Assembly: GCA_964016885.1 (NCBI GenBank)
Contig: OZ024745.1
Coordinates: forward strand, 67,890,001-67,954,000
DNA: 64,000 nt
Direction: 5' to 3'
Source of the DNA: Eledone cirrhosa
Lineage: Eukaryota
The notes under the pieces are model-generated. The model was not told the DNA's origin and searched no databases. It saw only the letters and a list, made by a program, of their open reading frames with translations. Shown in pieces: positions 13,558 through 26,878 of this stretch (the first letter of the stretch is position 1; every line of letters starts with the position of its first letter). The position numbers were made by a program, and so were the translations under genes.

Positions 13558-13598
13558 GTGCACCTTTCGTCCTTTTTCTCCAACTCTTCTTCACCAAC

Positions 13599-16500
13599 AT
13601 GGCTAGTTTACGAGTTGAAAGCGTGAATGTACGTGGCCTAGGGATGCCCTGGAAACAGGGCCAACTGTTAAACGACCTTAGGTCACACGGTATGGATGTG
13701 ATAGCCATCACCGAGTCCAGGATCCACAACAGGCAGCAACTAACCCCTATCTTCGACGACTTTGAGATCTACGCATCTCTCTGTCAGCCAGGAGGTGGAG
13801 GGGGAGTGGCTGTCATGTTTCGGAAGAACCTGGACGTCGAAGTACAGCAAGTACACTTAGACCCGGAGGGTAGACTGGTAGTCCTAGACGTGAACAGTAT
13901 TGGAGGTGGAGCCTTCAGACTGGATGCCGTTTATGCCCCGACCGGGCAATCGCAATCACGGCCAGACTTCTTTAAGCGTCTAGAGTCTTTTCTGGGAACG
14001 TCTCGCTCCTTACTTTTAGTGGAGGACTGGAATGGTATCCTAGATGCACGATGGGACTATGTGGCAGCATGTCCCAGTAGAGGGGGGTGCAACAGCCTCA
14101 AAACTTTAATCGGCCAATTCCAACTGGCCTATAGGTATCGACTGGATTTCCCGACTGCACCACAGTAGACGTGGGCAAACCGTAGCGGGACATCTAGATC
14201 GTATTTAGAAAGGGACAAGGAGATGTTAAGCTGTCCACGAATGCACATGGTTGCCTATTAAGATCACAAATTAGTCGTCTGCTTAGTCAACCGTGATAGA
14301 ACACATAGACAAGGACCCAGGTACTGGAAGCTGAACGTGTCGTTGCCGGCACGTAAAGCTTACAGTGAACGGATAAGTAAACTAGTCAAGCAACAGTTAA
14401 CGGGAGCCATCGTCAACAATAAATGGTGGTACTCTCTCAGGAAAGCAATTAGAATAGAATCGATAGGGTTTAGCAGAGAGTTAGCCTTAGAGAAAAACAA
14501 AATAGAAAGAGAAATAGTAGCCAAAGTAGAGGAGGCACTTAGAAGTGGCAACGCGGCTAGAGTGTTAGCGTCGAGAACGGCACTGGACCAGTTCTTCGAT
14601 GCGAAACACGAAGGCTGCGTGGTCAGAAGCAAAACACGTGCTCTAGGAAACGAAGGAGCGAAAGCTGTCAGCTGGGCCCGAGCGGTGGAGGCGAAAAGTG
14701 GCAACAAGTCCACGATTCGGTCTTTGAAAGACCAAAACGGACGCGTGCTACTTGACCCCAAGCAAATGTGCGCGGCCTTTCAGCAGCACTTTGCGCGACT
14801 GTTTGAGCAGAACGACGGGGAGCCGAACGGGGCAATGGACTTTAGTTCATACCTCGACGGCCTGCCGCGTCTCTCGAACACGGACGCCGAGTTCTGCGAA
14901 AGACCGATCACAGACACTGAGATACGGGACGCTCTGGGCCGCTGCGGCAAACGTAAGTCACCCGGTCTAGATGGTCTACCCTATGAGTTTTACTTCAGGC
15001 CCATAACTCTGCTCAACACAGAGTTAAAGATTTTGGCCAAGGTGCTTGCGACGAGGTTGGCGCTTGTCGTCGAGAACCTGGTAGGGAAAGCGCAAACGTG
15101 TGCAATCCCGACCAGGTTCATACACGACAACCTCCACCTCATGCGATACATCATAGAGAGGGTGGGTAGTAAACCCGGCTTCGGTGGGGCTCTGATCAAT
15201 TTGGATCAGTCTAAGGCATTCGATAGGGTCGACCATCGATACTTGGAAGCGTTTCTCAAGGCGGCCGGTTTCGGTCCTGTTTTCAGAGGCTGGATCGAGG
15301 CGATGCACATCTGCTCGAGGGTCAAGGTGAACGGCTGCCTATCGGAGCCGTTCGCAATCACGCGTTCCATTCGACAGGGGTGCCCTCTCTCCTCCATTCT
15401 GTATGTATTGACTCTAGAGCCACTACTGCGGAAATTGGAGCTGTTGCAAGGCATCTAAAACCGGGACTGCGCAAAGCGGCGTCGGCTTATGCCGACGACG
15501 TGACGGTAATGGTGTCGAGCACCTCGGAAATCAGGGTGATCGGCAACTTACTGAAAGAATACGAAACGCTGACGGGAGCTAAACTAAACCCGGACAAGTC
15601 TGTCGGTTTGCAACTCGGTACGTGGAGAGGCAAACCGATGACGTCCGACAGCGTCGTTGGACGCTGGACGGACGGACCGGTGAAATTGCTCGGGGTCTGG
15701 TTCGGTCCAGACCCCCAGGTGGAGAAAAACTGGAACGAGGTCACGGCCATGGTGTTTGCGCTCACCCAGAAGTGGGCAGAGTGCAAACTGTCATCGAAAG
15801 GTCGAGCGGAGGTGGCGAACACTTTCATACTGTCCGTCATCTACTATCGCTTGACTGTCGTGCCTTGTCCCCGTGAACACCTCGCCAAGATGGACCGCAT
15901 GCTCTTCCAGTTTCTGTGGAAGAAGCAGGCTCCGCTGGTGAGGAGATCCGTCTGCTGTCAGCACCCTTCCAACGGAGGGCTGGGAATGCCGTGGCTGATG
16001 ATGCGCAAACATGCGCTGAGGCTGCAGTATCTCCAGGTATTCCTCACCGACCCCCAACCGGTGTGGGAACCGTTTGTGAGACAGGCTTTCCCGCAGCTCG
16101 TCTCGCTGACGGAGCTGCAGTCCTGGGTCAAGAAAAGACCGAAAACGATGGGCGCCTGGCACATTGAATGCGCTCAGGCGCTCACAGTCCTCTGGCAAAC
16201 GGGCGCAGCAATCAGTGGAGACTCCACTTCGACATTCTATAGAGGGATTGTACGTTACAAGGGCGACGACGTGCTCGGAGAGACTCTGGGCGTCGAATGC
16301 GATGAGCTCACCAGTCTGTTTGGTAGGACTTTCCACCCGGGACCTATGGACAACTTCCAGAGGTCCCTGGCCTGGCAGTGCTACCGAGGAGCTCTACCAG
16401 TTCGTGACAAGATCTACAGGCACGGACGCCCCGGCAGGGATCCTTCCAAGAGGACGTGTCCAAGATGCGCGCAGCACATTGAAACAGTCCTGCACGCAAT

Positions 16501-16873
16501 TGTACACTACCCGGGCGTAACCGACCTGTGGAACTATGCAGAACAACTGCTGTCGCGTATGGGACAAATCCAGTTGACTGCCGAGTCCATAGTAAGGATC
16601 AAACCGCCGGCCTCTTTCAAAAACGAAAGAGAGGCGGTTTTCCTCTGTACAGTGGCTATGGTGAAAGAAGTTATATGGTGGACGAGATTGAAAGGACTGA
16701 GGACAGATGCCTTTCTCTCCGGACAACAATTGATTCCCTTCTTTAAATATCACTTTAGAAGGAGAATCAGGGTGGAGAGAGAGGCACTGCACCCCAGTAA
16801 ATTTACTGAAAGGTGGGTGAATGAAGCGAAAATGGCCCGAGTGATTGGGCCTTCTCTGTTTATAAGCCTGTAG
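13599..16873 (+). pseudogene. Tx1 ORF2 (APE endonuclease, reverse transcriptase, C-terminal Cys motif), disrupted
   Basis: Motifs SVNVRGL, AITES, VYAP, (G>E)DWN, YWKLN, KSPGLDGL, FRPITLLN, LDQSKAFDRVDH, QGCPLS, AYADD and CPRC..H. There is a stop at 14166-14168, a frameshift near 15455 and a 48-codon deletion after LPYEFY relative to copy C. Confidence 0.92.
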
Positions 16874-17618
16874 GTTAAAGAAGAGAGCAAAAGGAAGAAA
16901 GGAGAACTTGCACAACACGCTCCTGGAGTTGAGGGTTGTTCTATCGACGGGGTATTAAACAACCCATTTGTGGCGCTTCCCTCCTATTGGGGATTTCGAT
17001 TGTTGTAATTGTTTGTTTTTATATTTTTTACACGACTGTATGTAAAATCCCCGGCATGTATTGTCCCCTTTTCTTGTGCGCCCTTGTGGCAAATAAAGAA
17101 ATATATCTATCTATCTGTCTGTCAGTCAGACTGTCTGTATGAATGTATGTATGTATGTATGTATGTATGTATGTATGTATGTATGTATGTATGTATGTAT
17201 GTATGTATGTATGTATGTATATTGGCATGTATGAATGTATGCTGGCATGTATCTATTTGTGTGAGAATGTTTACACCTCACCCTCCACTCAGAGAAAGTA
17301 TCATTAAAATTAATTAGTCTAAGTGCTGTGAGTGTTATTAGATTCAAAACTACACCTTTGTTAAGTTCCACCTTCCAGATCATTCCAATGACCGGCGTTT
17401 GGTCGTGTCAATCAAATAGTTCTTATTTTTCCTTCTTTCATTACATTGAATCTGACTCAATAATTAACTACTTTTTATTAATGAAGCTTGCTTACGTCAT
17501 TTGTCTTGTTTCGTTGATTACTATAATTGTTATTATTATTGTTGCTGTTGACGAAAATCAACTCTCTGTTTCTGTTCCAGGGACTATGGTTAATTTGCAG
17601 AAATACCCGGCTTGTACA

Positions 17619-17766
17619 CAGGGGCTGATTTAGGGTGGTGACTGATTCGGTTGAAACCTGGAGCACCGGAAATACTTAAAGACCCCCAGTCTTTTTTGCC
17701 ACCACGAAACAAGGGATCTGGTGACATTTTTTGTCAGGTGCCCCATACAAGCTCAACCCGCCCCTG
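17619..17766. mobile_element. hAT-like MITE
   Basis: CAGGGGC...GCCCCTG termini with a degenerate 8-bp TSD (CTTGTACA / CTTGTTTC). Confidence 0.5.
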
Positions 17767-19578
17767 CTTGTTTCTACTACCGGATAACATTGCTGGTTCG
17801 ATGAAACATGCTTACGTCACTTTTCTTGATTTGCATATTATTACTGTTGTTGTTGAGAATCAACTCGCAGAGTTTGTTTCAGAGGACTTTCATCTTGGGG
17901 ACTATGTATAACTTACAGAAATCTTTGAAATGGCTGTACTACCAGGGATATTGCCTGTTCTATATCGGAGGTACCATATATTTACACACACACACACATA
18001 GTAACATAGCAAGTTAAGTGTAAGTTTGGGTTTTATTGACCTAGAAACGATATAAGGTAAAGCGGATCACGGATAGAATTTAATTCGGAACATAAACAGA
18101 AATATTGGCAAATACTCTGTTCATATAAAGATAACTTTATTTCCAGCTTTAAATTCAGATTTAGTGATAGGGCACGAAGCTTTGTGGCTAAGGTGTAGGA
18201 CTCAATCCTAAGTTCGTGAGTTTGATTTCGGATTCAGCCATGAGTTACGACCATGAGGTAATATCAGCAAAGGAAAGACCAATGGAAAGATTGTTTCCTT
18301 AGTTCGATCTGCCAATCGGCTCATTTCCTTTTTATCAGCTTTAAATTTACGAAGAATATTACATAATATAAAGATAGGCTGAAATAAATTATTATCACGA
18401 GACTCCCTACCAGACATTTACTACATAGAATTTCTACAGTTAATAGCATAAAAGAACCATATTTTGTTTAAAAAAAAAAGCTGAATAGAAATAAATATCG
18501 TTCATGAAAGACGAACCGAAAGAAATTGAATATGAAAAAAGTTTTGAACAGACGACAACGTAGCAGACAAATTCTTCTCATGATTTCATAACTTAGCTTA
18601 TAGACAGACGTTAAATACGAGTATGTATGAAAACACGCATATGTGTGTTATAGATATTTGAAAAGACAGACGTATACATGTACATATATGAAGGAAAAAT
18701 TCACTTATATACACGATGATCAAAAATACTCAGAAATATATATACTCCTGTTTATGGATATAAAACCACATTCACATGAACGCAAAACGCAGCTAGTTAT
18801 ACGAAACTACGCACGCACACACAATAATTGTGGATTCATATTTAGCAATTGAAATATAATAGGAAACATTTATAAATATCTGTTAAGAAATGCAACCCTA
18901 TGGCTGTCTACAAAATTTCATTGCAGTGCATTAATTTCTTGCTATTTATTAAGGAATCGATAGAACATTGAATGGAATGTCAGCATGCTGAGTTCTTTGA
19001 GGCCATCTCAAGCAGACAGCGACAGAAAGAAAGCAAACGTAGTTCTTTTGTTAGAAACGTTATTTAACAGGTAATATCAAGTGAAAACTTGATTGCGTTA
19101 CATACAATACAGTTGGTATTCAGTGGTGTACTTCCAACCAAGCAGTATACCAAATGACTAAGAATTCATCTTCGTAGTCACTAGTTACCGGGTTCAATCC
19201 CACTGTGTAGCATCTTGGGTAAGTGTCATTTACCATAGCATCAGGTCAACCCATGACTTTTGAGTGAAACAGGGTAAACGGAAATTGTTTGGAAGCTCGT
19301 CAGATGGACTATAACAGTAAATAAAAATTTCTTGAACAGACTGTGCCATCGATCGAACAAAATATCGCTGAAATTGACTATATCGAAAAGGTGAAAGTCA
19401 AAGCTGATCTCAACAGGATTTGAACTCAGAGAGAGTAGAAATGAAGACCACAAAGTATTCTCTCTACTTATTAATAACTGCATTGTTTCTTTCCAGGGAC
19501 TATGTTGAAAAATAAACCTCATTTGGTCCCTCCATGAGAGTATCTTGGTTAACCTTTGAATTTTTCAGCTGACCATCG

Positions 19579-19648
<70 letters not shown>

Positions 19649-19863
19649 CAGTGGTGGACTGGGTCTAAAAATATTGGTTGCCAGGAGATGAAGGGAGCCT
19701 ACCTACATATAGAATGCTATCATTTAATTTTTATAATGAATAAATAACATTTTCAAAAAGTACATAAGTGGAAACAAAACAGTGCACTCAAATTTTTGCG
19801 GAAAAATATCTTACCTTCTCCAATAAAAAATTTGTATTTTGCGAAATCCAGAGTTTTTCAATA

Positions 19864-20318
19864 ATGACCAGAAGTCGACCCTAAATATTACTAATAACTC
19901 TAGGAAAGCCATGAACGACACCACATCTTTTTAACTTTAATTTTGAAAGTAGGTTTATAATTACGAATGTTCATCATAATTTTGTATCTGTCTCGGCGGC
20001 CTAGTTGGAGGAATCATAGACGGTGGTGATCCTGGTCTGAAGTTCGATCCTGGTCGGGAGTAGGGTTCCCGGTAAACCTTTTCCGTTTTTTTCTATTGGT
20101 TGTAAAATAAAAAAGGTTACATGTACCTCTTGACCAGGATTGAAACCACGGCCAGGCTCTCCACCGGCTCTAGTACTTACCGCTAGGCCACAGAAACAAC
20201 TACGAAAATCTTATCAAAATTCATACTTATAAATATACTTTCAACATTTTCACAAATGGTGTCGTTCATGTCTTTCTTAATGTTATTGCTCCTACTTAAG
20301 GTCAACTTCTAAATCATT
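19864..20318. mobile_element. Old fold-back element with diverged ~200 bp inverted arms
   Basis: AGAAGTCGACC/GGTCAACTTCT, CATGAACGACACCA/TGGTGTCGTTCATG, GGCCTAG/CTAGGCC and ATCCTGGTC/GACCAGGAT pair in nested order. Confidence 0.7.
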
Positions 20319-20577
20319 TGGGTGTTCCATAAACTACATCCTCATTTTGTTTCTCATCTATCTAGACTACATTTTAACCTGCAATCCATGTTTCATTTCT
20401 GTTCCACCTCATTTCTCCCCCTCCTTGGTTGACCAAATGCTTCGCTTAATTGTTTTATTTATTAAAAAAAAAAAATTCTTCCTCTTAGATTTCAGGTATT
20501 TTTTGAAAGCAAAGCATTGGCTCCTAAAATACTACAGTGGGCCCTGCAATGCTATAATGAACCCCCTGGGGCCAACT

Positions 20578-20689
<112 letters not shown>

Positions 20690-20880
20690 GTATATATATA
20701 TATGTATATATATATATGTATATATATATATGTATATATATATAAGTATTAAGTTGTTAATCTATATTCGATGATTATGTCAAAGAATGAGTTTTACAGT
20801 AGATTGGAAGCACTCAACTGAAAATAATTTTCAGGAGTTATTAATATAAGTATTAATAAAATAGATGTTCTTTTGATCAA

Positions 20881-20941
20881 TTACATTTTATTATACATAT
20901 TTCGGATGTACAACAGTACGTCCTCATCTGACAAAATATAA
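20881..20941 (-). ncRNA. Type I hammerhead ribozyme, core-mutated copy (CAGAUGA)
   Basis: Inverted twin of 23046-23106 with U4>A. Confidence 0.7.
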
Positions 20942-21708
20942 CGATACATGACATACCCTGAGATGTTAAATGGTTAAGATTTAATCAAGGTAGTGATTAC
21001 CCGATAGAAAAATTTTGCTTATATAATATTTGTGTGAGAGTGCGAAAACGTAATGAATTGATTAGAGAATGTGTGAGTAAGAAAAAGCGTTGCATACTTA
21101 AAGTATTCTAAAATTTTAAATTGTATGATACTATATCTAGGGAAACATCTCATGATTCATAACAGCCAGTGATAGCCACTGGAAAAAGATTTATAATGAG
21201 GGAAAGATAAAGTGTGGGTTTTTTTTTTTCGAAAGTTAAACGGTTAGAATTTGGAAATATTTAATTTATAATATTAATGTGAAGACTCCAGATTTCAGGA
21301 TTATTTGCTATTTATTTATATATTGTTTATATAAATTCGATAAGTGTGTTATCATTTCTAAACTTCTGAATTGTAAGAATACCATTTTAAAGGATTTAGC
21401 TGGCACGTAAAGAAAGAAATATTATACTGTTGATTAATTACCTAAATCTAAACTTTAACAAATATCTCAACATATTAGGTATGTAAAGCTTTTAAAGTAC
21501 TTATTGTTATATATATTTGAATAATTATTATGTATATAGGTATATATTAATGAGTCAGTATGTATAAGGTAAAAATAAAATAAAATAAAATATGTTACAG
21601 ATAAAATTTATAGATAATTATTCTTCAACCAAGATATCAACGTATTATTAGATATAGGGATGTATATATATAGATATATATTAGGTATTATTAATTTAGT
21701 ATACTTTA

Positions 21709-21894
21709 AGGGCGGTGGATTGGCAGTATCAGTAGAGGGTCGGACGCCATGCTTTCCAGCATAGTTACGTCCCTTTACGATCTGAGTTCAAATCCCGCCG
21801 AGGTTGACTTTGCCTTTCATCCTTACGGGGTCGATAAAATAAAGTACCAGTAATGCACTTGGTAATTGCTGGCCTTGTGCCTAAAGTAGAAACA
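21709..21894 (+). mobile_element. Full-length tRNA-derived SINE with 19-bp TSD
   Basis: TSD ATTAAT(T/G)TAGTATACTTTA at 21690-21708 and 21895-21913; A/B boxes present. Confidence 0.92.
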
Positions 21895-22172
21895 ATTAAT
21901 GTAGTATACTTTAGGCAAATGATAACAGTTATACTCTTAACAACGTGTTACATTTAAATATATATATATATATATGCATATAAGAAAACGAACAATGAGT
22001 GCATGTATAAAATTCAAAATAATGTCTATAATAATTTTTTGTTTGGATATTTTCTCTATATTTGAATCATGTATATAGAAGTATGGTAGGTATATTTAAA
22101 AATATAAAAAAATATATAAAATACAATATATAACTATATATATATTATAAAACCATTATATTATAAATAAAT

Positions 22173-22358
22173 GGGCGGTGGATTGGCAGTATCAGTGGAG
22201 GGTCGGACGCCATGCTTTGCAGCACAGTTACGTCCCTTTACGTACTGAGTTCAAAACCCGCCGAGGTTAACTTTGCCTTTCATCCTTAAGGGGTCGATAA
22301 AATAAAGTACCAGTAATACACTGGGATAATTGCTGGCCTTGTGCCAAAAGTAGAAACA
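22173..22358 (+). mobile_element. Full-length tRNA-derived SINE with 18-bp TSD
   Basis: TSD ATTATATTATAAATAAAT at 22155-22172 and 22359-22376. Confidence 0.93.
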
Positions 22359-23045
22359 ATTATATTATAAATAAATAAATAAATAAGAGATCGAAAGTAC
22401 GGCGAAAAAAAAAAATTCACATTTATATATAAGTTTGAATCTGTGTCAAATTTAGATATTATAGTGCAGTAAGTATATTTAAAAGAAGTATATGGTATAT
22501 TATACTATAAATAATAGATCAAAAAGTCATTAAACATTTGGAGTTATAGATAAGTTTCGTAAACATTTTTGGATTGGGTATTAAAACTAAAAGTTAAAAG
22601 AGATTACAAATGTATTAACAATTCACAGTTAAATAAATTCAATAGATATGTAAGGATTAAGTATTGTACTAAATTATAGATAAATGATGGTGTTGATCAA
22701 AGTTAACAAATAAAGTTATGTGTATCAATGTTTAGGCATGCTAATTGAAATATTGTCATTCATTCTAACGTTGTTTTTTCCATAGATATCCATAAAACAA
22801 AGCAATATTAAGGCCATTGATGTTTTTTAATGTTGATTATATATTCCTGGTAAACGAGTTGTTATTGGTTCTTTCTTTCTCGTTTTAGATTACACATGTT
22901 TTAGATTACAAATCTTTTAGATTACAAATGTATGTGCGTTTTCGTACTCTCACACAAATATTATATAAGCAAAATTTTTCTATCGGGTAATCACTACCTT
23001 GATTAAATCTTAACCATTTAACATCTCAGGGTATGTCATGTATCA

Positions 23046-23106
23046 TTATATTTTGTCTGATGAGGACGTACTGTTGTACATCCGAAATATGTATAATAAA
23101 ATGTAA
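23046..23106 (+). ncRNA. Type I hammerhead ribozyme (intact core)
   Basis: Stem I TTATATTTTGT/ATAAAATGTAA (11 bp, 2 GU); CTGATGA 23057-63; stem II GGACGTAC-TGTT-GTACATCC; GAAA 23084-87; minimal stem III ATATGTAT; AUA cleavage after 23095. Confidence 0.85.
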
Positions 23107-23136
23107 TTGATCAAAAGAACATCTATTTTATTAATA

Positions 23137-23250
<114 letters not shown>

Positions 23251-23385
23251 TGTATGTATGTATGTATGTATGTATGAATGTATGTATGTATGTACGGGCG
23301 AAGGCTTCAAGAACATAATCTTTGTCCATTCCCTTGTCGCTTTAAATTGGATTGCCTGGAGAACGTAACCTTAGTATGTAAGAAA

Positions 23386-23456
23386 CTGTCTGATGATCAT
23401 AGTACTGGTTAGGCAGAATCGCGTGGCGACTGTTGTCATTGAAATATGTATCACAG
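23386..23456 (+). ncRNA. Candidate type I hammerhead ribozyme (stem II decayed)
   Basis: CTGT-CTGATGA(23390-96)...GAAA(23441-44)-TATGTA-TC-ACAG. The base of stem II is poorly paired. Confidence 0.5.
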
Positions 23457-23495
23457 CCTAATTAATAAAGGATTTTAACATCTGAAACTACTTCG

Positions 23496-23629
<134 letters not shown>

Positions 23630-25029
23630 GTATTCAACGTTGAATTCTTGAATTCTCTATTAGTTGTTAAAACAATTAATCCAATGTTGCAGTCACAGAA
23701 AAAATAACTAATGAAATAATAGATTTATTTGATTAGTCTAGAATAAACCAAAGCACGATTTAGCATTTCTTGACTGCAGACAGACGTAGAATGCTTTAAT
23801 ACTGGGGCATAACATGACTGAAACTTATCCATAAGAAACATAAAAATAAACTCCATGGAGCTTGTAACTAAGTAAGAGAATGAAAAGAAAAATTCTGTAA
23901 AATAATCAGTCATATTATCTATTATCTATTCGTATCGAAATCAAAATGCATAGACATGCATGGCCGATAATATAGTTATATTAATTAGGTAATACGAAAA
24001 CACAATCAAATCAGGGCTGACAATGAGTAGCATAAATATTCACCAACAAGAATCACTGCAAATGAGCAGCAGGCCAGAATATTTTTGGACATGCTTGTAC
24101 AAACTGATAGAGAAATTAAGGCCATCTCTATACTTTATAATTTAGGATAGTATATCAGCAAATGATATCTGTTGATTATTATATTGATTTCTTTTCAGAA
24201 TACTGTCGAGGAAGTTTTGTAAACTTATTTATTTATAAGGAAGAGAAACCTTGTTGGAAATTATTTTATCGTTAATTAAATAAGATACACCATATTATTT
24301 TCACTTCATATTAAATTAATTTATTTTAATTACGTTTCAAATATGATAGTTATTCCTCTAATATTCGTTGACAGCTACTGTTTCCATTTAGTTGTGTTTC
24401 TTCGATTGTTCATTTAAGATTAGATAAAGAAGATCAATTTAAGTTGACATACAAATTTCTTTTTTATTCTTTAAAACGATTCCAACATATCTTCCAGTGT
24501 TAATTTAGTTCGAAAGCCATTTTTCAGTAGTGCTCAGTCCCACGGAGAAGATATCTATATTCCAGTCCTACCGTGTGTAATGCAGAAAGGCTCCTTGGCT
24601 TTTACGTGTTTCCACTATGTTCGCTTTCTCAACGAACGTGTCGACGTTTCCAGTTTGCATCCACATATACCATCATCGTTAGGCCTTATATGAAGAATTT
24701 CTCAGCTGTTTGGTTGGGATCTCTGTAGCATTGTAAGCTTGTTCAGTTTCTTGGAAAGAAAAGAAGTCTTGCTGAAAATTTATTCTCTTGGCAATTAAAT
24801 ATTTTTCACTGAATATATATTTAAATTCATTATGCTTAGAACCCCGATTCCCAAAAGGCACTTGGCTCCAAGGGAAAAATTGGGACGGAAAGATGGTCGG
24901 CGAATGAATCCAAATGAGGATAGAACTGTCCATATTGAGTATGCATCACATGAAATGGTTTCCTGGAGGCGAATTACGTCCTTAAGCAAGACACTTTATT
25001 TCACGATGCTTCAGTCCACTCAGCTGGTA

Positions 25030-25243
25030 ATAATTATTTCTACTTTAGGCACAAAACCAGCAATTTGAAGAGAAGCGGAAAGTCGACCAAATCGACCCAA
25101 GTGCGTTACTGGTACTTTATTTTATCGACACCGTAAGGATGAAAGGCAAAGCTAACCTCGGTGGGATTTGAACTCAGAACGTAAAAGGGCCATAACTCTA
25201 TGCCGCTAAGCGTTCTACCGGTACTGTCAATTCACCACCCCCT
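25030..25243 (-). mobile_element. tRNA-derived SINE nested in an older SINE (24940-25690)
   Basis: Reverse complement of the Meta-domain family, with CTGGTAATAAT on both sides. Confidence 0.8.
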
Positions 25244-25829
25244 CAACTGGTAATAATGTGTTGTAACTGTTATTCTAAGGGTTAGCCTTATCATACACTG
25301 TCAATTCATAAAAACTTATTAAAGGGTGCACGTGTCTGTGGAATGCTCAGGCACATAAAGCTGTTTTATTGTTTGAACAATTGGAACACTCATCGCTGTA
25401 ACCGACGGAGGTCCAACAACAACAATTCCACAGATACAGGTAGATAATATGTAATTCCCAAGCCGATCAGCTTCACGTAACAAAATATGTGACAAGGTTG
25501 GACTTTTGAATTACAAGTACAATCCACCCGGCGGGCATCTACACAGTTTCTGTCTGCCAAATTTCACTCATAAGGGTTGAGTCAACACGAAGCTATTATA
25601 AAAACATTAGCTCAAGATGCCATGAAATAGGTACGAACCCAAGACCTCGTGATTACGAAGTGACACATTTTAATCTCTCAGTTATGCCTGCGTACATTTT
25701 TCGAACAGACAAACAAAACAACATTGCAGGTTTTGAAGACGATACTGCTATCTCACACACACAATATACGCAAGGGATTATATATATATATACTTATGTG
25801 CATTATACACGCACACACACACACGCGCG

Positions 25830-25899
<70 letters not shown>

Positions 25900-25997
25900 G
25901 GAAAAGAGTCGGGACCCCGACGGCTGAGCTCAGGCCGTTTCGACATTTATATATATATATATACATATAACATTAGAATTGGTGCTCTGAAATAGCG

Positions 25998-26366
25998 ATA
26001 TATATATGAATGTATATATAGTGTATTTTGCAATACACTGTATGCCTAATTAAAAGCATTTTGAAGACCATACGCACCAATTCTAATTTTCAATTTCTGT
26101 TGGATCGGCGATCGCTCTGTATAATCAGTTCCTGATTATTACTGGAATTCTATAAGAATCCAACACACATAATTTTCAGCAAACAGGGAGAATAGTGAGC
26201 TTTGATAAGTACCAAAAAGTACGAAACAGAGCTCTGTCAGCTTATCTCCCCTTGTTTGCTGAAAATTTAAGTAAGCGACATTGTCGCTACTTTAAAACAA
26301 TAGCGTATGGTCTTCAAAATGCTTTTAATTAAGCATACAGTGTATTGTAAAATACACTATATATAC

Positions 26367-26378
<12 letters not shown>
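25998..26378 (+). mobile_element. Hammerhead-bearing (PLE-like) element with ~75 bp terminal inverted repeats in (TA)n
   Basis: Arms 26000-26075 / 26303-26375; internal decayed hammerhead at 26195-26245. Confidence 0.7.
26195..26245 (+). ncRNA. Decayed type I hammerhead ribozyme (core TTGATAA)
   Basis: Stem I GTGAGCT/AGCTTAT extended by 26171-26191/26245-26267; stem II GTAC-CAAAAA-GTAC; GAAA; palindromic stem III ACAGAGCTCTGT; GUC at 26236-38. Confidence 0.7.
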
Positions 26379-26447
<69 letters not shown>

Positions 26448-26761
26448 CATTATATATATAAAGAGGTATGAACCCGATCGCAACCCCAAGCGGTTTCGCC
26501 TTGTGTGTTCAGCAAACCTTTCAAAAGTCCATTATATATATATATAACTTTGCTTTTCATCCTTACGGGGTCGATAAAATAAAGTACCAGTAATACACTG
26601 GGATAATTGCTGGCGTTGTGCCAAAAGTAGAAACAATTATATATATATATATATATGTTTAGCTGTGGTTTTTTAACTATGGAGCGCTTGCCAGCATAAC
26701 TCTGATTTTGCGTTTCGTTTCGCTTTTTCTACCCGCCGAAATGCGATTCTCGCTGAATTTA

Positions 26762-26808
<47 letters not shown>

Positions 26809-26836
26809 GCATAAACACACGTAGTCACATATATAT

Positions 26837-26878
<42 letters not shown>

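Larger units (their letters stand above)
12642..17102 (+). mobile_element. Near full-length Tx1/L1-clade LINE (copy A)
   Basis: 5' UTR, ORF1 12937-13557, APE+RT ORF2 13599-16873 and a 3' UTR ending CCCTTGTGGCAAATAAAGAAAT, followed by (ATCT)n. The 5' flank is TATC/TC repeat. Confidence 0.93.

Noticed and set aside
21709-21800. tRNA genes at SINE heads
   Set aside because: A/B boxes are followed by SINE bodies and TSDs; no intact cloverleaf.
24500-24780. Exon-like unique sequence on minus after TTTTCAG
   Set aside because: Stops in all three frames within ~100 nt.
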